DNA of 63,713 bases, counting the filler, from Reticulomyxa filosa (lineage: Eukaryota; Protista; Foraminifera), in NCBI GenBank assembly GCA_000512085.1. It is 25 parts of 25 records of this genome, joined end to end, with 100 filler letters (N's around TTAATTAATTAA, not from the genome) between each part and the next. Parts side by side here need not be neighbours in the genome. Positions count along the whole stretch, not along the records: positions 24,648 to 31,096 come from ASPP01020170.1; positions 31,197 to 33,569 come from ASPP01000503.1; positions 33,670 to 38,783 come from ASPP01028050.1; 22 more parts are not named here. The stretch is one strand, 5' to 3'. The notes under the pieces are model-generated. The model saw nothing but the letters and a program-made list of their open reading frames with translations, searched no databases and was not told where the DNA came from. The stretch's first letter is position 1, and every line of letters begins with the position of its first letter. Of the stretch, positions 24,826 to 37,900 are shown piece after piece. The position numbers and the translations under genes were made by a program.

Positions 24826-27143
24826 TTATGACGTTCGCTTTTGAACTAAAAACTTCACAAGAGAATCCATTTTTTTGCGATCACTATTAAGGATTTCAAA
24901 TGTTGATTCTGTAGAAACGGTACTCATGATACTCTGTTCCATGTCTTTTCCTTCTCCGTAAGTAAAACGTGTTTTAACTAAACTACGTTCGCTTTTACCG
25001 TGTTTGAGTGATTTTCCACGGTTGCTTGTATGTCTATCGTAGTCAGTCTTGTGCATCCAATGCAGCAACGTTAAAACATCATTTAAATTGCTTTCGCTTA
25101 GTTCACTGTTATCATCACTTTCAATATCACTTTTGTGATCTTTCTCATCGACATTTTCATGGTTTTCTCCACTTCTAGAGCACCGCTCTCCTTCATTATA
25201 TATTACCTTTTGTTTTTTTGTTGCGTCATTGTTGCTTAGGGTATGTTCAGGTTCTTTCGATCCCCCATCCTTCAATGCCTCCTTTATTTTTAAGGAAATG
25301 ATTTGCTGACATCCATGTTTCTTTGCCTCTTGCATGTTCGCGCTACATATACATCCGTTTTCTTCTTCATCATCTTTTCTATCCATGCTGCGCTTTTCAC
25401 TTATTAAATCACTCCAACAATTTTCAAGTGTGTCACTATTGCTGTAACAAATAAAAGAAATGTTTTGTTCAAAGTGGAACAAAAAAAAAAACAAAGATGC
25501 TCCCAAAAAAAAAAAAAAAAATTGATAAATACGTTACTCTTCATCTGGTGTACCGTCATGGTCCATTCTTTCAAACCAAAAAGACGACAAAGTTGAGTAG
25601 GCATCCATAGAGGAATAATTTGAGTTATAAATGTCGTCATCGCCGTCGATATCGTTATTGTTGGCAATAGCACCAAACGCATAATACCGAGGGTCCCATA
25701 CTCCAGTGTCCAAGGGAATTTTGTCAGTGCTGTTACGCCAACGTTTGGCAAAGGTATTTCTGTTCGGGTAGCATGAAACACGACACTCCTTGCACAGGTG
25801 AAAAGGAATTTGAACCAAATCAGCTTGCGTGGACACTACTTCATGGAATAGTTCAATGTCCGCACGACAATGAGTTTGAAGCGATGTGGCATTTATTTGG
25901 TGTTGTTTATTGAGACAACCTTTGGTTGAACGTCCTTTGAGTGGATGAAATATGGACTGCTGAAAACCGCAGCATTCATAATGCATTGTATTGATCGCAC
26001 TGTTTCGTAAAAAGGAAAAGTAACAAACAAACAAACAAACAAACAAAATAATAGTCACTACAAAACAGATCAACTGATAATTACAAGTAGTTTGCGGAAC
26101 TAGTCAAGAGTAGGTAGTTTGGAGTGAGTGGCGCAATGATTGAAATGCGGTAGCACAAAATAGGATTGACACTGAGTGCAAAACAGAGGTGGTCTTGTTA
26201 GGCTCCACAAATGCCAAAAGATTTCTTTCCATGAATGGGAGTGCAATCTTAAGCATAACAGATACTTGTTGATATCCCATTTTTTATGGGCGCAGTGCTT
26301 GGCTGTGACCTGACCATGAAACGCTACGTATGTTGGGGATTGATGGCACTCGATTTTTTTATATTGTTCCATCGTATACAACTCTTTGCAATATACACAA
26401 TAATACAGTTCATTATCTTCCTCTACATTTTCTGTAGTATCTGTTGCTGCGTGCATGGACGTTTTTGTATAAGAATGCAACAAATCTTGGAGTTTGTAAC
26501 ATGCTATATTAGCTGTTAGCTTATTTTTATCATCTTTGAGGTGTAAGAATTGATGCAAAGTGATATGTCGAGATATTTCGTGCAACAGTTTCTCATGCAA
26601 ACAAGACAGGTCGATTGGCAACAAGAGTACGTCGTTGATATGTTTGCAAAAGTAGTCGATACACTCTTGCAACAACTGCTGTATTTGCAAAAAATCGGCG
26701 GACACTAAAATCGAGATGATGTTGTCAATCTGCAGTTTAGGTTGGTGGTTGTTAATATATTCCATAAGCCATTCAAACACCACAATATCGCAGTATACGT
26801 GCATATCCATCCCCTCTCTTTTTTTTTTGTGCTCGTTTTTGCTCTTGCCACTGCTTTCATTTGGCGCTTCGTCAGTAGGTAAGTATTGCTCAAAATATCG
26901 CATTTTTGAAACTAGTTGTCTTTTCTCACAAAAAAAGTGCTTTTCAACGTCGCGATTTTCATCACGAACACAAATTTTAATCAATTCACTTGTTGTTGTC
27001 TGCTTTGTATCAAGGTCTGCAGAGTTCATTTTTGAGATCAAAGAAAAAAAGTCAGTCAAACTAAAAGCTCTGTTCCCGTGATATTCGGTCAACTCGTTTT
27101 TTTAATAATTTTGCTCATCCAAAAAGTATGATTTACTGGTCAT
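24826..27143 (-). CDS. SANBR: SANBR/KIAA1841-like BTB protein (DUF3342), multi-exon
   Basis: IKICVRDE....KHFFCEKRQLVSKMRYFEQYL...MHVYCDIVVFEWLMEYI...IISILVSADFLQIQQLLQECIDY, followed by Cys/His clusters (CVYC, CTQC, YECC). The start is uncertain because a TAA lies just after the ATG at 27143. Confidence 0.8.
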
Positions 27144-27438
27144 TGTCTATTTTGTCATTTCAAGGGCTTTTTATTCTTTTTTTATTTTTTATATATCCAG
27201 GGCAGTAAACTCACTCTTTATTTCTTTTGATTAAAGATGTTGTGAACCGTTGGATTATCTTAATTGCATTTATCCTAAAAAACATTAAAAATTGTTTTTA
27301 TATTTTCTTTTAACTAGTCTGCCCAAAGTAGTTTCAGAACGAAAAAGAGGGGCGTGAACGTAACACAAAAAAGTTCGTGGCAGGGATTAGAGAAAAAGAA
27401 AAACATTTCATTTGTGAAGTATTTGACCAGTCTATAAA

Positions 27439-28047
27439 ATGGTTAGTTATTATTTTAAAAAAGTCTCTTGTTTGATTTGGCCGAATAAACTAATCTTGTC
27501 CGTACATGCTTCTAATAGACCGAAATTCCAGTCCTTAAAAGCGTTCAACTGTCAGTAACGAGTTTCAATGCTCATCGCAAGGATATCCAATCAAATCCTC
27601 CTCACCCACTTCAAGTCATTCAAGCCAAAACATTACATAAGGAGCAAACAGAAAGAAAAAAAATGCTTGCCATGACCTACGGTATTCATGCTGCATTTCG
27701 CCAAGATATGGATGAAGTTATGACTGGTTGAATTTTTTTGCCCCTTAAAAAAAAAATTTTAAATTGTTAAGTTGTAATAAAAAAAAAAATTACGATAGTA
27801 TGTTCTGCGAAAAGCAAAACCAGTAGGAAGAGGAGTCCCAATGGGATTGGAAGTGCTTTTTAGACGACACACGACTATTGATCACTTTGATATTTTATCT
27901 TATCCTGGTATTTTTTTATTTGTATTTGTTTGTCTTTTTTTCATAGCATATATACATGTATATGTTAAGTTATTTGTTTGAAATCTTTGATCAGATCCTA
28001 TGGGAACAACAGCAACCGCAGAAGATATGGAAAAAATCCTTGGTTAG
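27439..28047 (+). CDS. UMP1: Proteasome maturation factor UMP1/POMP, 4 exons
   Basis: Spliced product M|TEIPVLK...PHPLQVIQ...RKKMLAMTYGIHAAFRQDMDE|YVLRK...MGLEVLFRRHTTIDHFDIL..P|DPMG...MEKILG*. Absent from the ORF track. Confidence 0.8.
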
Positions 28048-28331
28048 ACCAAATACTTGTTTCTGATTTGATTGGTACACTTCTTATTGCAATTTTGTTG
28101 TCAACTCATAAAATTTACAACAATGACATCTTAAAAAAACACGGTGTTTTTTTTAACATCAAGCTTTTTCTTGCATGCAAATCAACTATTTCATCCAACT
28201 TTAATAAAAAAAACTTGTTGCTAGTTTCACAAGGTAAAATTGTTCTAAAAACCTCCTCACTTGAACCCTTTTTTGTTGACGCCTTTTTTTATCTGTTAGG
28301 TATAAATAGTAGCAAGTGAGGAGTGGCCACG

Positions 28332-29281
28332 ATGGCTAACTCAAATAGTAGAGCGTTTAAGATCGTTCTTATTGGGGACCCAGGTATGCCTCGTTCATAT
28401 CGTTCAACAACCAACGCCAAAACTTGGAGTCATTATAGGGGTTGGAAAGTCGTGTTTGCAGATACGCTATGGGGATATAAATTGTTTCGGTCCGAATATT
28501 TCCACTGTGGGACTCGATATGAAGACAAGGATAGTTGATTTGGGTTAGGCGATCACCTTTGCTTCTTTGTTTTCCTTAAAAAAAAGTGGTATGATATAGG
28601 AACAAAAAGTGTAAAGCTGCAATTATGGGACGTATCAACGAAGGATATCTTTCAACACTTGTTAATGAAGTTATGCGAAACAGCTCATGGCCTTATTATT
28701 GTATATGACATCACAAACAAAGAGTCGTTCGATAATGTTAGGCTATGGCTTGTTCAAATCTTACACCATGTTCACACACCTGTGCGCTTATTGTTAGCCG
28801 GAAACAAATGTGATTTGAGTGAAAAAAGAGTAATTGAATTTCAGGTCTTTTTTTTATAACCATACATGGATATATTTATATTACATGTATGAGCACGTAT
28901 ATCCAAATTTGTCGTAACTTTTGGCACTTTCTTTTAGTATCACTCATAAAATTTTGTCAAAAAATAGACCGCACAAGCATTTGCAGATGAATTGAACATC
29001 CCGTTTGTTGAAATTTCGGCTCGCTCCAATATAAACGTTGACAAGGCTTTTTTTACAATTGCAAGTCAAATTGATAACATGTTTCGTAACTTTATAGCTA
29101 TTTTTTTTGCCTTTATGTATACGTTGTATGTCACACTATTCTAATGTCAATCCTTTCTTTAATTGCGTTTTCAAACTTTTTCCTTGTTTTATCAAAAAAG
29201 ATTAACTAAAAAAAAAGGTTAGCAGTGCAACCTCCACCAGAAGCGTTGAATGGAGATCGAAAATGTTGTGTTATACTATAA
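28332..29281 (+). CDS. Divergent Rab1-like small GTPase, 5 exons, C-terminal CCVIL
   Basis: FKIVLIGDPG|VGKS, STVGLD, KLQLWDVSTKD, GLIIVYDITNKESFDNVRLW, GNKCDL, EISARSNINVDKAF, KCCVIL*. Confidence 0.88.
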
Positions 29282-29884
29282 AAAAAGCAGTGGAACACGG
29301 ACAATCTTTTTTTTCTATGCTCTTTTTTCCTTGCTTTTTTTGTTCTATTAACATTATGTCTCTAATCAATCCTAAAGCACAAATTTAGTCAATTTTGCCT
29401 TTTTTAAAATGTAAGTATCTTTTTGAAGCATACTTTTTTTTATCTTTTATAAATTGTTGGTTTTTTATTAAAAATGGAAATTTTTGGTCTGCCATAATCA
29501 AAAAAGATATTCAAAGTGATCACTGAGTATCGCATTAGCCCATCAGATCAACCTTAGCGATTATTTACATTTTTTGACCTTTTTCATTTTTTACGACATC
29601 AATGCAGGGTTCATAATGTTCAAAATGTATAGACAGGTGGATTTGGGTGTCACATTTGAAAAGTTGGTCAAAAAAGCATCACAATATGTTTTTTGGTTTG
29701 AAGTTGGTCAATAAGAAGCATTATCCACACGATATTTTATCACAGCCGAACTAAACAAATTTCTTCCCCAAACACCAAACTCTTCCATTGTTTTTTTTTC
29801 TCACGCTTTTCGCCCAATCAAGGAAATGTAAAAACAAGGTTGCAACTCAAATATTTGTTTTTTAAGTAAACAAAACCAAACAAA

Positions 29885-31044
29885 TCACCTTTGGAACCAT
29901 CGTTTTGGTACCAAATATTGCGAATTGGTGTGAGAAATGGTGTGTCTGACGGTATGTTTGTGTTTGAATTTTTCGTCAATGTTCGGTATTTCTTTGATCA
30001 TTTCTTCGTCAATATGGATATGAATGTTGGTATGGATATGTTTAAATTCATGTCTGTGAACATGGATGTGCTTAAATCGGATCTGGCCCCTCTCTTGTTC
30101 AGCTCCAAGACCTTGTAACACCTTTCGTTCAATATCTATTCCTACTTTATCTTCCCATTCCTTTGCGGTCGCACTATTTTTGAAACACGTAAGAAAAAAA
30201 AAAGTAGTTTACAACATATGATATGTTATATGAATATAGTTTAGTTATCTCTCCCCTCCAAATGCAACAAAAAAATACTTTGAAAAATGTTTGTTTTTTT
30301 TTAAAAAGGCAAAACTCTTGTTTAAATTCTTGTTTTTCTTCTTCTTTCTCCTCACTTTTTTTTTCTTCCACCGGTACATTTTTCACAGCGGATTGGGCCT
30401 TTAACAATGGTTTCAAATCCTTGATATGATCTTTAAAAAGCGTAGCAAAAAAACAAGCATAAAAGTAATAATAACAACGTATACTTAAAAAAAAAAAAAA
30501 CAAAACTTTTCAAGTTTTGAATTTCAATTCGAAAAATGTCAGTAATTTTCTTTTTTTCAATGTCGATTTCGCGCTTAATTTTGGTTTCGACATCGGCGAT
30601 GGACAATTTATTTTTTTCCTTTTTCATTTGACTGACACGTTCGGTCATGTTTTCCACTTGGGATCTGTATTGCTCCAACTCTTGTTTCAAGGTTTCGTTT
30701 TCCTGTTTCACACGTTCAGGGCCATCGGGCCCGCTTGCAAATGCACCAACAACGTCTCCAGAAGTCAAGTCGGACAACAAATCATCCGCCGCGGCCACGC
30801 TGGCCCCAGTCCCAATCGCGACACCAACATTAGCGCTGGCGCCAGTGCTACCTCCGGTCGAAGCCGACACCGTGGCCGTTACCCCTACGCTCGTGGCAGT
30901 AGCTGCAACAGTCGTTGTCGGACTACTCATCGCCGAGGCTCCCTTGTTTGCCGAGCCTTCTCCAGGAAGCACTATCAAGTCGCTTCTCACCGATTTCACT
31001 TCCATTAAGAACAAACAAGCAATACAAACACGCATCATATGCAT
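29885..31044 (-). CDS. Hypothetical coiled-coil protein, multi-exon, partial
   Basis: An Ala/Thr-rich segment followed by a heptad-like ERVKQENETLKQELEQYRSQVENM... region. Coding blocks are separated by T-rich introns. Confidence 0.45.
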
Positions 31045-31055
31045 GAATTGTTAGA

Positions 31056-31096
<41 letters not shown>

Positions 31097-33731
31097 NNNN
31101 NNNNNNNNNNNNNNNNNNNNNNNNNNNNNNNNNNNNNNNNTTAATTAATTAANNNNNNNNNNNNNNNNNNNNNNNNNNNNNNNNNNNNNNNNNNNNTATT
31201 TTCTTTAAAAATCAACCTTTGTGAAAATATAGAACATTTTCTTTTCATTTCATTACTCAAAATAAGTTTGCCATGCGAAAGAGTATTAATGATATATGTT
31301 TGCATAACGATGACATGTATGAACAATTGTTTGCTTGCAATGTGATGTACATTTCAAATCCCTGTGTGCGCACATAAGGCGTATATATAGACAAATCTGT
31401 GACTTACCAAATTTTTCACAGTTTTGATACATTTGCAACTGTATTTTTCCAATAATTCTAGCACTTGAAGATGTCTTCATCGTTGGCAATCAACTGTATT
31501 AACATTACATCGTTTGTAGTGAATTTATTAAACCTATATTTGAGTTCAGAGATGTTATCGTGCGATTTTGGTTTACACTACTTTCAAAATTGATATCCTT
31601 CAAGTACAGACATGGACGTTTAAGTGTGTCAAATCAGAATATTGACTTGCGCCCAATGAAATGTTAACATATGTATGTATGAAATTGCCTTTATCCAAAT
31701 TATTATGTCAATAGGTTGTATATTGTATTCGAAGCATTTCTTATGATGTTGTCACATTTTTGTTATCAAATTTACATTGAGTTATGTCATATCTATTGTA
31801 TATGGCTTGGTTGCATTTATTCGTTTGATATTCAATACAAATACTCACGGTTTGATGTAATTAACATATTTTTGTGATGGTATCTATTCATCCAAACAAT
31901 TCGATCCATTTTTGGACATTCAAGTTACTCCAAACGTTGCATTCATTATCAATATCACTGGATTTCCATATGTTGTCATCTATAAAAGATGATACATAAC
32001 TCACATAATTTACCAAAGACCATATGTTATTTAGATTGTATAAACCCAATCTCCAATCATTGTTGTTGTTTCAAACGTACTTTGTTACATTCGATTGCAA
32101 TTTTATATTTCAATAGCTTGTCAACAATGCCATTATTATTTTACCAATAAACAAATTGTCATCCATATCAATGTATATAACATAGCCTAATATTACTGCT
32201 CACATTGCTATAACTCATTGTAGTCAAGCTTTGGATATACCTAACACATTTGCACATAACTTGATGAAACTCAACAATGGCACTCAGTACATACACGAAT
32301 TAAACACGCAAGTGCTGAAGAAAAATGACAGAGGTAATAACCAAATCCTAACGTGATGTTAAGAAACAGGGAATGACAAGACTGCAACTCGAAAAATATG
32401 CAAAAACCACGCATATTCTCCCTTTAATCCAAAAAAACCAAGAAAAAGTGGACAATATCATGCCGCAATTCCAAATTGAAACAATATGACAATTAAATGT
32501 GAATGGGCTTGAGTTGTTGTATAAAGCGATGATTGACCGAATGAAAGACTACTATGAGAAGCTAACAAAAAAAGTCCAGGATTTTGCAATAAAGCAGACA
32601 ACTACATTCCGGCTTGCACAACACCCAACAGCTATCACTACAAAAAAAACCACAGAAATTTTTGTTACTGGTTTTTTTTTTGAGGTGCCTTGTCATTAAA
32701 TTGGGGGAATGCTGCAAACACCACAACCCCTGACAAAACACAATCCAGACATCCATTCCTCGATGAAATATCACAGCAACGTTCAACAAATACAAGATAA
32801 ACTAATGTCGACAAACAAATATGACAACAACACTAAACATGCAAGAGGCAAATTCAATTCGTTGAACAAGAGAGATTTTGGCAGTCAACAGAGCAAACGG
32901 AATTACACGCGTCTAGAGGCCCCGAAATACGTAGAACGTACATACGTTCCGGTAACAGAAAAAATGAAGAAAGCCAATGCATAATGTCAAAACTTGAATT
33001 CGAAGTGGTAGAACGGCAAGAATTAATTTGGGAACTAATGATCCAAGACACATGCAAGCACAAGATAGCAAAGACAATGACAACTTGCTAACCGGTAGCA
33101 GTACGTTATCCAAATACGATTGTCCACAAAGTACGCTAAATTTATTTGTTGAAATGATTATTTTTTTGGTTTCACCACCTTTTTTTTCCAGTAAATGTTC
33201 TTTTTTCTTCTAGGAAGACTTTTTTTCTTCCAGATGGAATTTTTTTTATTTAATCTCCACTGTATATGATATTGTGTTGAAATGTATTAAAAAAATTAGT
33301 TTTTTTCCAAATTGATATATAGTCATTGAATTCATACTCAGATACGTATAGATTACTACATTTTATTTTTTTAAAATTCTTTTGTCCCCTTATGAGGAAA
33401 TAATTTCAAAAAGAAAAAGTAATATCTGTCCAATATAAATTTCTTGCATTTCAATCATCTTGCTTTTTTGACAATTGCTTACTTGAAATCAATATGCAAT
33501 CATAACATCCTTTTTGTTGCTGCAACAAATATTGTTAATTCTTTTGAGTGATCATTTTTTTATCACCGANNNNNNNNNNNNNNNNNNNNNNNNNNNNNNN
33601 NNNNNNNNNNNNNTTAATTAATTAANNNNNNNNNNNNNNNNNNNNNNNNNNNNNNNNNNNNNNNNNNNNAAAAAAAAAAAAAAAAAAAGATAATCATATT
33701 GCAAAAAAATAAAATAAAATAAACAAACTAG

Positions 33732-34471
33732 GGTACCTCAAATTGGTGATTTGTGGTCACAGCATCGGAGGTAGCTTTGCAACTTTAATGGGCTTGGAGC
33801 TTTTGGCTCATCAATTCAATCATCCGTTTGAAATATACACCTTTGGGAGTCCATTGGTATTGGAGGCGGATGTAGGCGACACAACCGAGATCGGTAATGC
33901 AATTCCATGAACTTATAACTGTGTGAAAAAAAGAAAATAAAATAATAATAATGTTGTAATACTATATGATGATTGTTATTGTTATTGTTATATGAAACAT
34001 AGGCAAAGCATTGGCCAAACGTATAAAGAATTTTGTGTACCAATTTGACATTGTCCCACGAATCCAAAGAGGCTGGTCGAAAAATGCAAACTTGCTTTGG
34101 ATTTGCGGACGCTTGAAGTGGAATGTGACAGAGATTGAACAGCTGTGTGTGAACAGCTTCGGTCCGATTGGCGAGTATTTCCTACTGTTTGATTACTTTG
34201 TCCCTCCAATGGTGTTGAAGAAGAAGAAAACGTTTGTGCGATGTCTGGAAGGACGATGCATTCAACTATTGAAATTGGACCACTTGTTCGAGTTAGTACC
34301 CTATTATCGAGGCACCAATGCCAATCAAGTCATGGACGACCACTCCATGCTTCGCTATCTGAGCAAACTCTTGTTCTTGGACACACTCCAACTCGAACGA
34401 AGTGATCGATGGAATGCCACACGTGTCGTCATTGCCAACCAGAAACAAGCCCTGGAGTCCTCCACTTCTAT

Positions 34472-34502
<31 letters not shown>

Positions 34503-35085
34503 GCTGCTGCTATTACTGCTGCTGATGTCTCTGCTTGTGCCAAAGATGTCTCTGCTGTTCCTGTTCCTGTCCGACCTTTGATCCCGCCTCCTGTTCCTCC
34601 CGAAATCTTGGCCAAAATCAAACAACGACAAGAACAAATCGAAAAGGAAACTTCCAAAGACAAAGACAAAGATATCGACTGCAAACCCTCTGTCTCGTCC
34701 CAATCTCTCCCTCCTCTTCCTCCTCCACCTCCGTCTTTGCCATCGACTAATGCCATCTCTAATTCGAGTGGTAGTCAACTTGTCGACCAAAAGACACCCT
34801 CTGCGTCCAGGCGAAATATGACTTCGTTGTTGTCTGCTATTCGAGAAGTTTGGTCTTTTTTTAACAAGGTGCTTTTTACACTTTTATATATATGAATTGT
34901 GTAATGTACATATATGTATTCAGAAACCTGCACTCAAACCGGTTAGCGCGGAAGAAAAACCCCCCACACAAGCGCAAGACGATCTCTCCCAAAATGTCAT
35001 GAGTGCCATCACCAAGAGACGGTACTTGATGATGGAATCTGACAGTAGTGAAGATGAAACCAACTGGGATTCGGAGGAAGATTGA
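33732..35085 (+). CDS. Class-3 lipase domain fused to poly-proline and a WH2-Central-Acidic (VCA) tail; 5' truncated, 3 exons visible
   Basis: Exons 33732-33893, 34003-34847 and 34924-35085 with GT-AG introns and consistent phases. Lipase motifs: LVICGHSIGG, YTFGSP, NFVYQFDIVPRI, DDHSMLRY. Tail: PPPVPP, LPPLPPPPPSLP, SLLSAIRE|KPALKPV, LSQNVMSAITKRRYLM, ESDSSEDETNWDSEED*. Confidence 0.85.
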
Positions 35086-35579
35086 ATTACTTTTTTATTT
35101 TTTTATTTTTTTTTAGTAAGTGTTCCTTTGCAATGTTTGCAATCATTTTCTTAGTTTTTAATTTCAAAAAAAAAAAAAACCACTTTCCAATCCAATCACA
35201 CGCGCAAATTACTTGTGTCTTGCTGTTAAATTCTCCACAAAACAGTGCTAGCTTCCAAGAAAAAAACAGCCTATAAACTCACAACTTACAGACAGAAACC
35301 TGCCACCTTCTAGTTTCAAAGACTAGATACAAACTAAAAAAAAAAAAAAATTCTATATCAACGATGCCAACGTGACAAAAAGTAACAATATTCCGTGATT
35401 ATCCAATTAGCTAAATTAAAAGATTTAAGGTTTCTCTGAAACAGCATTAATTAACGCAACAGCCGAAAACTAGTGCACGTTAGTAAATCTCAGTCATTAA
35501 TGGTCAAGGAAAAATAATTTAAAGGAAAAAGGGAAATATAAAATTATTTAAATTAAAAGCAGAATCACAATAGGAAACA

Positions 35580-37900
35580 TGTCTTCCTTATTGGAAAACA
35601 CAGGAAAAACAGAATTGAAAACACAACTTAAAAATAATAATGCCTCATCACCATCAAACATGCAAAATAGAACAATACACAACAAAAATAACAATTTGAA
35701 ATTACCATATATACAAAGAAAACAAAATAAAAGACAGAGACAGATATAAAGTGAAGATGAAGAAAGTATATTTCAAAGATATTCAACCAAAGGAATTGGA
35801 AGCAATCGCTGAAAATTTTAACAGATTTCACAAACAAGAAATCGACAATAGGAAAAACGCAAATGATAGAAAAGATCTATTAATTTTTCCCAGATGCATG
35901 ATATACAACCAAATGTACGCAATTAAAGAAAAGAAAAAAATAGAAGAATCAGTCCATAATCCTGAAATAAATATGTTCTTCTCAAAAACGTAGATAAAGC
36001 AGAAACAGAAGGGTCAATTAAGGATAGCATCGAACAGTAAGGCTACAATGTTAAAAAAATCGAAAGATTCAAACAAATCATATTATCAAAATATTAATGG
36101 AAAGTGCCGAAGATGTTACTAAAATTAAAGGATATGGAAATATGTATTGGATACATACACATACAGACATAAATATAAGATAATAATAGACGACGACATA
36201 GACGACATTTCTGACAATGCAAAAAATGTTTTTGCTTGAATCACATCCAAGAAAACTTTAACAAAAAACAAGTTTGCAAATACTGTGTAAAATAAAACCA
36301 TAAATCGGAAAATTGCAGATTTAAGAAAAACACTAAAAAATACAGATGCGTACTTTGCAAATGACAACATCGAATCGACTCATTAATGTGTCCAAAAATG
36401 CAGCAAGTACATGAACAAATAGGATTCAAATACACAATACATGAACAAAAATAATTGAAAAACAACAATACAAAATTGAAAATAAGGAAAAAATGAATGG
36501 ACAAGGAAAAATCTATAAAAATAAAATACAAAATGAAACTCAAAAGTAACTACTTTAATGCAAGAAACAACTAAACAAAATAGAAAAACATATCAATTCC
36601 AGCAAATTCAGCACAAAAAATAAACATTTTGCAAAAAACAAAAGATAACAAACAAAATGAAGAAATTAAAGAACTTCGCGAACAATTGTTCATTCTACGA
36701 GATACAGTCAATAATCTGACTAAACTAGTTGAAGCATTAATTCATAGCAATGGAATGCCAAAAGGTTCACAAATAAGTAACTTAGAGAATATGTATTTTC
36801 AGAAAGCCAAAACCACTTTAAATAATTTAGCACAATGACCCAACTACAAATATTCCAAAATAACATAAATGGATTCTACTCCAAAGTACAACTACTAGAA
36901 CAGAAGTTACACTCCAAACGACAACATGTTTGTCTGTTGCAATAATGTTTTCGTTCAGCAAAGAATAGCACAAATCACAACTTTCATATAGAAATAAGCA
37001 AAAAACAAAAAGTTACTCTCCATTCGGAGAAAGACAAATGAAAACGCTAACGATTCATTCTGATTGGACGAATTCTAAAAAGAACTTCAATTAGCAACAA
37101 AAACACAAAAAACATTATAATCGGAGGTGATTGGAACGCAAACTATCTGGCATGGATAGACCAAAAAACAGACGAAATTGGAGAAGCTATATTAAAGTTT
37201 ATAGTGTCAAATAACATGCACATACTAAACAGTTTTCCATTTAACTACACCTTTTTAAAGGACGAAGCAGTAGAATAGTTCAAATCTTCTGTTGAAGAAA
37301 TGGAGAAAGAGGCAGAAATTGACATTGATATATGGACTGAAGAACGGCATCAAACTGACATTACTGAAGGAGAAATTACCGATGCAATAAGAAGAATATC
37401 ATCATACAAAGCACAATGCACTGATAGCATTCACAATATAATACTGAAGAATGTAGGAATGCAATGGTTGAGTCATTAGCACATTTATTTAATTGGAGTT
37501 ACCGGATTGTATACGTTCCCATAAAGTGGAAAATTGCAAACATAGTCACTATTCCAAAACCATAGAAAGAACATACTATTTGCAAAAATTATAAACCTAT
37601 ATCTTTGCTATCGTTAGGAAAGGTACTTGATCGCATAGTGACAATGATGTTAATTGGATACCTTAATGAACACCAATTACTACATTATAGCCAAGCAGGA
37701 TTTCAATACTGGCACAATACATCGGAATTATTGCTACGAATATTGGAAACCATACATGCATACATGGACAAAAATACAGTCAAGTACGCTGTTATGTTGG
37801 GTATATCAGCTGCATACGATAGTGTCAGGCGAAATGGACTACGTTTCAAAATGAAAACACAATTTAATATCAAAGGACTAATAACGTGAAAAGTTATGTT
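35580..37900 (+). mobile_element. Degenerate non-LTR retrotransposon (ORF1-like region plus APE endonuclease and RT remnants)
   Basis: APE: LQIFQNNING (36844) and IIGGDWNA (about 37120). RT: WKIANIVTIPKP, YKPISLLS, SQAGFQ, AVMLGISAAYDSV (LDISKAFDSV-like). Many stops. The upstream boundary is approximate. Confidence 0.8.

Noticed and set aside
8097-28047. Apparent proteasome gene cluster (ECM29, UMP1, an MPN protein)
   Set aside because: The genes lie on different contigs separated by spacers, so co-occurrence is arbitrary.
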